Shown here: piece after piece, positions 1-10,615 of the stretch
Position numbering within the stretch: the first letter of the stretch is position 1
Layout of the letters: each line of letters starts with the position of its first letter
From: Chara braunii
Taxonomy: Eukaryota; Plantae; Charophyceae
Assembly: GCA_003427395.1 (NCBI GenBank)
Contig: BFEA01000001.1
Span: 7,977,639-8,041,638, forward strand
Reading direction: 5' to 3'
Length of the DNA stretch: 64,000 nucleotides
Notes under the pieces: generated by a model
Database searches by the model: none
The model's input: the letters and a program-made list of their open reading frames with translations, nothing else
Told to the model about the DNA's origin: nothing
Made by a program: the position numbers and the translations under genes

Positions 1-35
1 CTCTCCCTCCCTCCCTCCCTCCCTCCCTCCCTCCC
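1..35. repeat. (CCCT)n microsatellite
   Basis: Read directly from the sequence. Confidence 0.95.
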
Positions 36-456
36 GCACGAAAGGACGCCGCCCCACCCGTCGCCTCACTGGTAGACAATTCGTGCTATGCCATTTCCCG
101 TTCCGCCCAGCCAGTCGCGTCGCTTCAGCCCCGCGAGCCGACATTTCTCCGGCCCTCACCCCATGTTCACAGCCTCTTTTGGGCTAGTCGGCCCTCGTAC
201 TCGTAGCGTCTGTCCCCACGGCCTTTTTTTTCCCTCCTCGCCGCGGCTGTCGCCAGTTCCCGCCGGTATTTCTCCGGCCCTCGCCCCGAGTGACACCGGT
301 TCCCCCTGGGCCACTGCCCGTTACCGGTCCCGCGCAGAGGCACCCGGTTTCTGTTGGGCCCCATGCGAGGACAGCTGTTTCCTTTAGTAGTATAGGGAAG
401 AAGATTGGAGGTGCTAGAGGGTCCCCTTGCCAAACTGACCTCCAAATCGGATAGCA

Positions 457-1450
457 TTCAGATAACAGACCGTTAATCTGGACACAGCCTGAAGCAGTGT
501 TGTAAAGGATTTTGACCCACTTCCTGAAATTGGGTCCTAAGTTCTCCTAATCCCAATTTTTCCCATTCTCACGTTAAGAAATGCCCAATTGACCTGATCA
601 TAAGCTTTTTCGAAGTCAATGAACATGATAGTTGTGTTAACCCTTTTTTCTCTGACTTTCCAGGCTGCTTCATTCAGAGTTAGGGCATTGTCTAAGACGT
701 ACCTACCTGGAATGAAGCCAGCTTGGTCTATGTGAAGCATTTATCGGTAAGGTCTAGAATTCGGTAGGCCAGGGCTTTGGCAAGTATATTGTAGGAGAGG
801 GTGAGCAGAGAAATGGGCCTGTAATTCCTGATATCTTCTCGGTCACCCTTTTTGTACAGGAGAGTTAACACACTGCTGCTCAGGAAATCTCCCATTCCAC
901 CCTTGGACCAGTTGTCCTTATCAACAGGCCTGCCCCCTGATATCTTCTTGGTCCCCCTGATGTATAACAGGTCTGCCCCCATCAAAGACCAGAATTTATC
1001 CCAGAACTCTTTGGTTAATCCATACATACCTGGTGTGTTGTCATTATTGATATTGTGGACTGCAGTCCTCTGAAGTAAGTGGTCTGTCGAGTATCTCCGC
1101 TTGTGGTGGAGAAATCGTTCTGTCTAGGTACTAAAGCACCTTGTCCTTGCGTCCCTAGTGATAGATGGAGTGAGGGAGAGAGTTTTGGATCGGTAGAACT
1201 CTTAGTAAAATTTATTTGGTACTTCTACCATTTCCTCACTGTCTGATCTTGTAACCTGGTCTCCTGCCAGTTCCTTCAGCCCTTCTATAGAGCTGCATCT
1301 GTTATTGGCTTTAGTCCCGGCAAAAACATACTTCGACATTGATTCACTTACCTCGTACTGTCATTCGGTCCCTGACTTGTAATCCTTTGAGTTCCGACAG
1401 CCTCCATACAATGAGTTCCTTTCGTGCTCTTTCAAATGTTACTGAATATA
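457..1450 (-). pseudogene. L1/Tx1-like LINE ORF2 fragment (RT N-terminal half)
   Basis: ORFs 728-1027 and 537-740 give 'GLTKEFWDKFW', 'LYKKGDREDIRNYRPISLL', 'QAGFIPGR' and 'IDFEKAYDQVNW'. Frameshifted. Confidence 0.9.
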
Positions 1451-3342
1451 GAGTAGACGAGCGGTCGTTTATCAGACTGACTTCTGCAGTCTTTGGGGCT
1501 ATTTCAACGGCCTGCTTTCTGTGTCTACGATCGATGGCTAGCTTCTGTGAGAGTTTTGCCACCGATTGGAACAGTGCTAGAAAGCTTCTTGAAACCATTC
1601 CCATATATCCTGGCCGGCAGTTGCATCCCTGCCGACCGCCGACCGTTTTGCAGCCGACCAGTTGGGCCGACCTGTTGGCGGTCTGCCAACCAGTCAGAAA
1701 GCAGCCATCCGAGAAACTTTCGGGGACGGGGGGGGTGTACTGCGCTTGCTGAGTACAGCCCAAATCTGAGTTGGGGGCTGTACTGCGCTTGCTGACAAGG
1801 TCGTCAGGCCTCCCCCGCCCGTGTCTTTTTCGGCCTGGGCCCGCCACCCGAGGTCCCAAACCTGGACACCGGGTCTCGCCGGCGTCAAGCGAGACCCGGC
1901 TTTTCCTTTAGTAGTATGTAGATGTAGAGATCCAGACTCAGGGTCGTAGGTTAGGTGAATAGAGCACCCCCACCTATTACCCCTCCGCTCGGTGCTCCAA
2001 TCAATTGGTGGGGAGCCGAACCCGCTGGGAACCGGGTCCAGCGTCTTAAAAGACATCTGTCTGATCAAATAGTTTGAAGCTGAAAATAACTGAAACTGAA
2101 AAAGCTGAAATCAAGAATTAAGAATTGAGGTGATAGTTGATTGACAGGAATTAACTGAATAGCTGAAAAAGCTTTAAAAAACTGAAAATTAAAGTTGAAA
2201 TCAAGAATTAAGAGTTGAGGTGAAAAAGTGTCTCAAAAGTCTCCTTATTGACAGGAAGCAGGTGAAGAGGCACATCTCAACCCAACTCTATGGTCCAGGC
2301 ATACCATTCTTTCATATCATGCATGTACTCAAGGGACGCTGGACCCGGTTTCCAGCAGGTGTTGCTCCCCACCAATAGATGGAGCGGTTTAAAATTAAAA
2401 ATAATAATAATAATAAAAAAAGAAAAGACATTCAAGAGAGATTGGCTGCTACAGGGCAAGGTGGCCAGTAGGCTACGATAGTGGATAACAGATTGAGATG
2501 GAAGAAATGGTACCAGGCACAACCACAATGACTATACGGCTCTACCGGGCTATCTGGCAGAAGAGCCGGATTGGCAATCAACAACAGCACTCAAAGGATA
2601 CTCAAAGAGATGGTGAAGGAGCACTTTTCTCGTTGTGCAAGGAACTATCTGACAGGCTCTGAATAGAAGCCTGAGAGGAACAAGTGGTCAGGGCAAGCTG
2701 ACAGTCAATCCTCCTTAGTAGGAGTAATCGATGCTGATCAGGGTTCCTTCGGGCAGACAGGAGGAAGCGTGAGTGTGTACTATGATGTATTCAATTTGAC
2801 TTGCCGGGGGAATAGGAATCAGACTGATGCTCCCCAGAATGGATATGGAGCCAGGACCATAAGGACCTGTTTTCTTCAACAACAAAAAAAAAGAATTAAG
2901 AATTGAGAGTTAAGGCAAGGCCTTAGCTATTATCTGCCTCTTCCCCGCATGATTATTGCCCGCCTCTCTCGCTGAAGCCGAGCGATTGACTGCTGTCTGC
3001 CTTTTCAGTTGGCCTGCTGCCAACCGCCAGACTTGACGTGATGCTTGAACAGAGAGCTGCCACGGAGCTTGGCAGTTCTATTCTGCAGGCACTGAGGCAG
3101 GGCAGAGTGCTGAGCATGCCCCTCTGGGGGGTACCAGGAGAGCTTGCCATTTTCTGCATAATGTGTAGCCACACCCCGTGGGTACCGGGGGCCTGCAATC
3201 TCACCAGCCTGAGCAGTTACGGATAACACTTCATATGAGGGTATTCAGTTAGGGACAGGGCATGGGGTGGGAAGGGTTCAGGAAAGTCCGAGGGGGGGCG
3301 CAGTGGGAATGAGGGATCAATGTGTAGCATTGTGTACCCCGT

Positions 3343-4738
3343 CTTTTTTTTCTTTTTTTCTTTTTTTTTTGAGCCCAGGTCTTAAAAAGTCAGATGATAG
3401 TCCCTCATTTGTTCTAGCTCCTGCTGGTTATCCAGCTTGTCCCCACTCCATCCTACTTCTACTACCCATTCCCCCCTTTCTCCTCCCAGCCAGTCTGAAG
3501 AGAATGCGGTAATTGCCTTTTTTATATCATTGATTTGTTTGTAGAGATCCAACTGGGGTTTCAGAGAGGCGCAGGTAGAGGGAGTGGAGGTTACGGAGCA
3601 GATAAAACAGCAGGTCCAACTGGAACTAACCTGAGCAAGGAGGCATCTCTGCCACCACAGTGCCCGCAATACCTCTCATCTCCCCACCCTGTACATGTTT
3701 TCCTCCAAGGTTGAGGTCTCTTGTGCTGGATGCCAGTGCCCCCTGAGTATTGACTGCAACAACCGAGGCCAGGGGTTCTGAGCTCCCATCCTCCTCCAGA
3801 CCCGGTCCCACCATCTCCAAGTTAACTGTGCAATCGGCCCTATCGGGCACTGCATGAAAATGTGCTCGATTGTTTCAACCCTTTTGTGTGAGGGCAACGT
3901 TTGCAAACACCTCAGACACCATGGCACCATCACCCCTTTCTGCTCCAGACAACAGGGTGCTATCTGCCACTGTAGTGAGTTCATATTGGCCGGTCTAGAT
4001 TTCCTTTCCTGAAACCACCGGATCGGTGTGAGGAGGCTACAGTCAACATTGAGGTGTTTTATCCATCACTCGTTTATTGTGTCCCTCAGACGATGTTTGG
4101 GCCTTAGCATTCTATACGTGGACTTAATGGATAGCTTATGCAAGTTGATTCACTGCGGGGAGGGGCCGGCTTGTCCATGTGGGAGCCTCCATCTCCACTC
4201 CAACGGATCAAGTGGCAGCTCCCGGATGTTCTTTTCTGGTTGGAAGGCTACCCATCTGCTCCCCTCGTCCAGAACTCTGACCCTATATATTTCTGGTTTG
4301 TCCCTCCATTCAAAGGGGTCCCTGCTGCCTTGGAGAGCACCTCCTCTGCCGACCGTATAATACTCGATCAGGGCTTTTTGCGGGTCTGTCATGTGCACCC
4401 AGCCGACCTGCCCTGGGCATCGTGTAAGAGCCACCCAGTCCCCCTCCCTCAAGGTGGGGCCTTGTTTTTGGACCTGGTACGAGGCCAGGGGGAGGATTTC
4501 AATTATTTCCTTAGTGTTGCACATAACTGATCTGTTTCCTTCCAGTCCCACCTCTCCCTGTCCCATAGGTCTCCTACCCGAAGCACTCCCCGTTTCACCC
4601 AACTTATCCATGGGGGGCAGAACTGGTCATGATATGACCATGCGAGTCTGTCAGCCACCTATGGTTGAAAAGCGGTTGGCGGAAAACTTCCTCCCATTGG
4701 TCCAGATACGCCTATCCAGGAGTGGAAGTTTGCGCCAG
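3343..4738 (-). mobile_element. L1-like LINE, 3' part (ORF2 C-terminus with zf-RVT, poly(A) tail); continues at 21289
   Basis: 'LQWQI...WCLRC...ETIEHIFMQCP' (3676-3984) is homologous to the L1 at 46300-47500. T-rich tail at 3343-3370. Interrupted by an LTR with TSD CCAG. Confidence 0.85.
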
Positions 4739-5361
4739 TGTGACATCCAACCTCACGCCCAGCGCAACTTCCTGTTTTCGGAGTGGGGGGGGGGGGGCCC
4801 GAAGTGCGTAGTAGGGGTGTGCCAAGGATTTTAGGAAAGTGGGGGTGGAGTCCTGGGTCGGAACTGAGATCTCCGGTGCCAAGTTCCAAGGGCAGAAATG
4901 CAAGTGGTTCTCTGTGGGGCTAGGTCTTGGGTATGGCCCCTCTCAGGGTTGGGCGGCTAATTTCATCGACCTTGTCGTCTGGGGCGGGTTCGCACTCGGT
5001 GCACGGATGGGACACAGTGGGTACCTCGTCGTTCGAACACCTGTTGCTGGCGAGTCTCACAGATCTCCAAATCCGACGTGGATGGCCTCGGCCGGAGACT
5101 GTGTTCTTGGTGCTCAGCTTCGGAGAGGGTCCGTGGAACGAATCCTGCAGCTCGGTAAGTGTTGTACTTTTGGCACTCAGAGCACGGCCTCCAGGGCCAG
5201 TAGGTGGCTATGGATTCCCAAGGCACAACCGTAAGGTGGTGGTAAGGGAGAAGGAGATAGAAGGGAGGGAAGTTAGTCTCGATGGCGATGAATCTCGGGG
5301 TGTTGTAGTAATCGGGGATTCGAGAATTTCGCCCAATGGCCCGGTGAAAATCCCACGCACA

Positions 5362-8048
5362 TGTGACGCGCAACCTCACGCCCTGTGTTGTCTTTCGTTC
5401 GGAGTGTTAGGCATGCGGAAAGAGGCCCCGAAAAACAGCAAGATGGGGTGTGCCAAGGATTTTTGGAAATTGAGTGTGGGGACACAGAAGGAGCTGAAAT
5501 CCCCCGTGTTGGCCCGATGAATCAAGTCGATTGCTTTCGCGCATCGCGGAAAGCGCGCGCGGGCATGGCGCGAAAAGAGAAAACTCCAAATTCAATCCAA
5601 AAAGTATTGTCGGGCTTCCCACCGGGCTACAGCCCGTCGTTTAGAGCGGAAAGGCTTTGGCACGCTTCGCGTGTCCCGTTTTCGTATCAAGTCTCGTCGT
5701 CGTTCGTCAGTCAGTTCCAAGTCTGACGTGGATGGTCTCAGTCGCGTGGTTCTTTCTTTGTGCTCATCTTCACTCCGCACACGGTAGTGGAAACCCCTGG
5801 ATTCATAGCGCTCAAAACGCTGGCATTCGGTGCATAGAGTGCGCGGCCAGTGGGGTTCTATTGTCGTCCACGAGATCACGATCAACTCGTTAAATGGCAA
5901 CAATATCGAGTAAGGTGGGAAGTGCGTATCGATAATGACAAATCCAGCCTCTACGAACCCTGAACAGTGGTTGGCCGGAGGGAAGTAGTATCGCCCGCCA
6001 ATCTGTGCGACAACTTCTCGTACGTCCCACTCGCATACACGTGTCCTTTCCTCGTTGTAGGGAAAAGGCCGTGTTGAGGCGGGAGGTGCAGGAGGTTGGC
6101 GCCCGATCAAAGGGTGTTTGTCAGTCCACATGTCAATCAATTGCAAAAACCTCGAGACGTCCTCATCAAAAGAAAAGAAAACACTCGCGCAACTCACAAT
6201 CAATCCCTTTCGACATCNGCTTGATCNTGCANATAACCNAGAGACCGATCCGCAGCTCAGGTTTAGTGAGCCAACGCGACGTTGATCNCAGNCGCCTTGT
6301 TTCTCCAGNCCGCCCCGTTGATCGGTGGCAGATGTCGTGCAGCATAAGGCAGATGGCATGCGCAGTGCATTCAGAACTACAGATCTAAACACTCTTGCAT
6401 TCTCGGACAAAATCCCGACGACCATCGTNTAATCAACNCAAAAGAAAGTCACTCATTTCCATACATACATTCACTGTGGAAGGTGCGAAAATGAGACATG
6501 CATATGAAAAGACGGGTTGCTTGAACAGTACGCACGCATCCACCGTTCACAAGACAAAAGGANCAATNCCTCGTCATCTGGGGATTACCCAGGAAACTAA
6601 TGGAAGAGTTTCGGAAGAAGTTCTTTCACGNTGAAGAGNACACAGATTCATTCAAAGGAGAGACAGACATCGAGACACATCATNATTCAAGGATAGAGGA
6701 GAGAGAGGNAGGTGAGGGAAGAGAGTTGAGATAGAAGATGGNACAATCCAAAAGATGGAAGTTCGGCGTTGNCGCCGTGCACTCACTCNAGAGATAAGGG
6801 TCCGCAACAACAAAGGCGCATTCGNCGTTAATTCCAATATGGCCCCAGGCCAATCACTCACTCCACTCCAATCATCGATCCTCATACCCGCACTGACGAT
6901 CCCGANCGTCGCGTGCTAACTTCCACCNCTGAGATCGTCACCCCGCTGTCGTAGACTCGACACGGCTCGCCCAGATCCCACAGTCCGTCGTNGCGATCAA
7001 GNGNGCAACCGGCCAGCCTATCGTCANCCCGACANGACTTTTCGACTCGCATCAAAACACTCTGCCTAGCCACTGCTTTCCGGAAGNTGGCTCAGGAGTC
7101 GAGAACGTAANNGAGCTTTGCGGACGCGCTTGCGGGTTTTATAGTTGCGACAANGGAGATAGAAGGNGGAGAAGGCGANGGGAAAGNTGGGGTGTAAGAG
7201 GGGAAGCAGGAGGAGAAGACTTTGAGAGGATTGCTCTGTGAATGCCATGTTGATCCCTCGGAACTCAAGGTTCAACCAATCAGATTNGTCNCGCAATAGG
7301 AAAGTCCTATTGATCGGCGTACCTGATTGGCGAGCGGGAGTTATCGACGGATCAACCGGGCNTCGTGCGTTGGACTCAGAGGGTGAGGAGAGAAAAGGCG
7401 CNAGAAGTAGNGCNANACGGGTCCAAGATTCAGATGATCAAGAAAGGGAATTGGNCNCGCAAAAAGNGAAGCGGGGGANAGAGAGAGNGAGGGAAAAACA
7501 GTTACGAGGAGAGAGAAAGAGGAGGGAGAANGGGGAGGGAGNGATGCGGGGGTCAGAGAGGAGAAAGCTTTTGCATGCGNGGCGCCGTCAACAAAAAGAA
7601 AGAAAAAGGCACCAAAACAGTTACAGCTTGCCTCTGTCATAATTCAAAAATTGAAATCACCATATNCGCGCGCNAAAAAGNGACGCGGGAAAAGAAGATC
7701 CTACGCCTATTNGTATTCGTGCAAAATTCCGAGAGTTTTCTCCAANGCGACCNAGAACATTCNCACACAAAAAGGAGGCGTCGAAGTTCCGCTTATCCCG
7801 GAATTCCCAACTGTCGGACCCAATTCCCAGTGCGCTCGCTAAGGCGCACGCAATTTNCTATGAATTTNCCGAATTGCAAGAAAAAGGAAAAGCAGAACCC
7901 GAGAATCGAAAAAGGCTTCTGAAAGATGGGGGCCAAAAATGCGGCATCCGAAATCAAGAAAACGAAACGGGGCTTTTATGGGGTCGGTATGGTACAAGCA
8001 AAAGAAGGGTACGAAAGATAGCACGGGTTCGGGAAGTGGTTCGTCACA
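5362..8048 (-). repeat. 3' LTR of family A element (includes terminal block 5362-5372)
   Basis: 5371-8048 is near-identical to 16771-19448. Confidence 0.93.
5592..6200 (-). CDS. LTR-embedded ORF of unknown function with CxxC motif (3' LTR copy; true start uncertain)
   Basis: Part of ORF 5592-6452. Its translation aligns with ORFs in solo LTRs B and C. Confidence 0.6.
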   Translation of the reverse strand: MVSCASVFFSFDEDVSRFLQLIDMWTDKHPLIGRQPPAPPASTRPFPYNEERTRVCEWDVREVVAQIGGRYYFPPANHCSGFVEAGFVIIDTHFPPYSILLPFNELIVISWTTIEPHWPRTLCTECQRFERYESRGFHYRVRSEDEHKERTTRLRPSTSDLELTDERRRDLIRKRDTRSVPKPFRSKRRAVARWEARQYFLD

Positions 8049-8600
8049 TATGTGACGCGCAGGGGGTTCCAAAATTATGCGATCTCCTGATTGCATGTCA
8101 TGGCGGAGAAGGAGAGAGAGAGAGAGAGAGAACAGAGTGATGCATGAGGAACCAAGCGTATCAACAAACGATCCAGCCAGAGTCCATGTTGACGCCAGTT
8201 TCAATTGCAATCTTCTGTCTGTTGCTGGAATCCTCGATGGTCATCCAGGTGATGCCATCATCGTCCGCTGGTTCTCCGTGTGCTCTGCACCCCAGCTGGT
8301 TGCTGCCTGTCGAATCAGAGTGTAAGTTGACGTCATCGTCGATGGCGTGATCTTTGCGAATGCTTACTGATTCGTGTCGTTTTCCCCCGCTGATTGGATG
8401 AAGANNNNNNNNNNNNNNNNNNNNNNNNNNNNNNNNNNNNNNNNNNNNNNNNNNNNNNNNNNNNNNNNNNNNNNNNNNNNNNNNNNNNNNNNNNNNNNNN
8501 NNNNNNNNNNNNNNNNNNNNNNNNNNNNNNNNNNNNNNNNNNNNNNNNNNNNNNNNNNNNNNNNNNNNNNNNNNNNNNNNNNNNNNNNNNNNNNNNNNNN

Positions 8601-9226
8601 CTCCTAGTTGGAATGGGCCAATAGAGGCGGTACATGGAGGGGATTTCACGGGGTCGACGGGGAGGGAGTGGGGGTAGGAAGCGATTCATTCCTTCCATCG
8701 TCACCGGAAGCTCCTCATATCGGATGATCCGGTGGAAGTGGGGGAAGTAATCGCCGCTGCAAGGGAGGGAAGCGAGGTAGTCGCGATAGAAGGAGGAGAG
8801 GGTGCGGAAAAGTGCCGCCCGAAAGAACTCATAGTGGTGGCAGGCGGGGATTGTCCCCGTGGCAACGCAGTAAACCTCTACCACGTTGCATCGCTCCCAT
8901 GCAGCGCTGAACAGCAGGAGATGCCAGCAGAACGTGGGGGCAGCGGATGGAAGGGAGGCGTGGGGGTGGACGGTAGCGAGTAGGCGGGTAGAGTAGAAGT
9001 CGCGGAAGAGATGGGGAAGGAAGGGATGGGAAGGGAAGGTGACGGGGGTACGGATCTGCTCGAGGGTGAGGAAATCAAGGGGTCGGCGGGACAGTGTCCG
9101 AGGACGAAGGCCTATCGCCCGCATCGGTACGTGGGCGAACTGGGGGACGGGTGGGGCTGGAGGAGGAGGAGGATCGGCTCCGTCTCCGTCGCGCGGTACT
9201 TGAGGTGGCGGCTGCAGGGTCGCCAT
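8601..9226 (-). CDS. Putative accessory ORF 3 between IN and 3' LTR (Pro-rich N-terminus; runs into a gap)
   Basis: From 'MATLQPPPQ' within ORF 8333-9460. More than 200 codons open with globular composition; no recognised motif. Confidence 0.4.
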
Positions 9227-9923
9227 CTTTGGGCTTTGGCGGGTCCGGGTCCCTGGTCGGGTCGTTGCCGATGCGCAGGCTGGCTCCGCTGGCGAACTCC
9301 AGTTGTCGCTTTCCGGTGGAAATTTCTTCGCGCCTTCGCGCCGCCTCCGGATCTTCCGCCTCTGTTCCCGTGCGCGCCGCTTCCTCCGGCAAAGCTTTCC
9401 ACTCGGACTCGGTTCCTTCTTCTCCTTCCTCTTCTTCTTCTTCACTCGGCTCGCCCTCACTATACTCGCTATAGCTTCCCTCCTCCGATGTTTCCTCGTC
9501 CTCGTCTTTTTCGTCGTCGTCGATCACCACTTCCTCCGCCCTTGGATAAAAGGTGTGAGGGATGATATCGTACGGCTTGAGATACTCCTGCCGCGATGGT
9601 AGCGTATCCTCGTCCCTGGGTTCCTCCAAGCACACAGTCCACTGAAGGTACGGATCCAATGATCGCTCAAAAATGTACGGAGCAGGACTGTCGTCACTCT
9701 GGGAATAAATGTCGGGTGAGAGATCGTCCGCCAATTGCACGGTCGGTGCGATGAGCTCCTGCGCAATTAGCTGGCGGTGCCCCGGCTGTATCGATCCAAA
9801 GAGAAAGCCAAGAAGATCGCCCTCCACGTTAGTCCTCCAAGCTTGGATGATTAGCAGCTCCGGATTTTCGATCCACGCAGGATGCTCGCTGGTCTGCGTC
9901 CACGTCACTTGTACTCTGGCCAA
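9075..9923 (-). CDS. Putative accessory ORF 2 (globular N-terminus, acidic tract, Arg/Ser tail)
   Basis: 282-aa ORF preceded by a polypyrimidine tract plus TTTCAG (~9988-10060, minus strand). Confidence 0.5.
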   Translation of the reverse strand: MARVQVTWTQTSEHPAWIENPELLIIQAWRTNVEGDLLGFLFGSIQPGHRQLIAQELIAPTVQLADDLSPDIYSQSDDSPAPYIFERSLDPYLQWTVCLEEPRDEDTLPSRQEYLKPYDIIPHTFYPRAEEVVIDDDEKDEDEETSEEGSYSEYSEGEPSEEEEEEGEEGTESEWKALPEEAARTGTEAEDPEAARRREEISTGKRQLEFASGASLRIGNDPTRDPDPPKPKDGDPAAATSSTARRRRSRSSSSSSPTRPPVRPRTDAGDRPSSSDTVPPTP

Positions 9924-10150
9924 GCAGAAAGACAGCTCCTCAAAAGTTTCGCGCCACAGCCGCCAATGTCCAGGATTGATAAGAGGGACTGAAAGAGGCT
10001 CGAACGAGAAGGAAAGAGAAGGATGGAGATCGGATTGCTAGAAGGTGGGGAAGAGAGAGGAGAGACCAAAGATAGAGAGAGGAGCGAGAAGATCGGCGTG
10101 GTGCATTGGGGATGTGGGAAGGGGACGAGGGTTGGGATCGCAACTGGCCG

Positions 10151-10615
10151 CTAGCGTGGTGATCGGCGAATATCGCCAAGATCCGGTGCAAAGATCGGGA
10201 TGAGGTTATACCCAGGTCGGGCGAGGACGTGCTGCCACACGTTGGACACTTGCTCCGTCCACTCGCACAGCAAGGTCAAGATCGTGGTATGCCACTGCGG
10301 ATTGACCGAGCTGATGTCGCCGCTGAACGCCGCAACCGTGGTAATGTGGCTCGTTCTGGGAGCCGCTCGCCGATGAACTGCGGTTACCTCTGCGAATACT
10401 ACTGCGTGAGAACTTCCTTCGATTCGAAACGCGGCGGCGGCACAGATACCCTCGTCGCAGAAGAATCGCATCAAAAGCTGAAGATCCGTATTGAGCCGAG
10501 GGTGACAAACTTGCCGAATCTCTAAGATGTGGCCACGTGGCTGCAACAGCTTTGCGTCAAGAACCCGCTCCGTGATGAAACTCATGGCGAGGTGGGGGAG
10601 GATGTCGAAGGACAA
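10151..10615 (-). CDS. Putative accessory ORF 1 immediately after integrase
   Basis: 154-aa ORF with protein-like composition. Its internal Met overlaps the IN stop region. Confidence 0.4.
   Translation of the reverse strand: MSFDILPHLAMSFITERVLDAKLLQPRGHILEIRQVCHPRLNTDLQLLMRFFCDEGICAAAAFRIEGSSHAVVFAEVTAVHRRAAPRTSHITTVAAFSGDISSVNPQWHTTILTLLCEWTEQVSNVWQHVLARPGYNLIPIFAPDLGDIRRSPR

Noticed and set aside
2333-2385. HDV-like ribozyme reading of the LINE 3' motif
   Set aside because: Only 12 nt separate the GCTCC/GGAGC strands, leaving no room for P3/L3/P1.1/P4.
6218-7870. Apparent ~100% LTR-LTR identity suggesting a very recent insertion
   Set aside because: Both LTRs carry essentially the same scattered single-N pattern, which points to filling from one consensus. 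The N-free part (5371-5860 vs 16771-17260) shows many substitutions and gag-pol has stops. Not usable for dating. The key junctions lie outside the N-patterned zone.
8062-10615. env gene
   Set aside because: No signal peptide, furin site or transmembrane segment evident in the ORFs.
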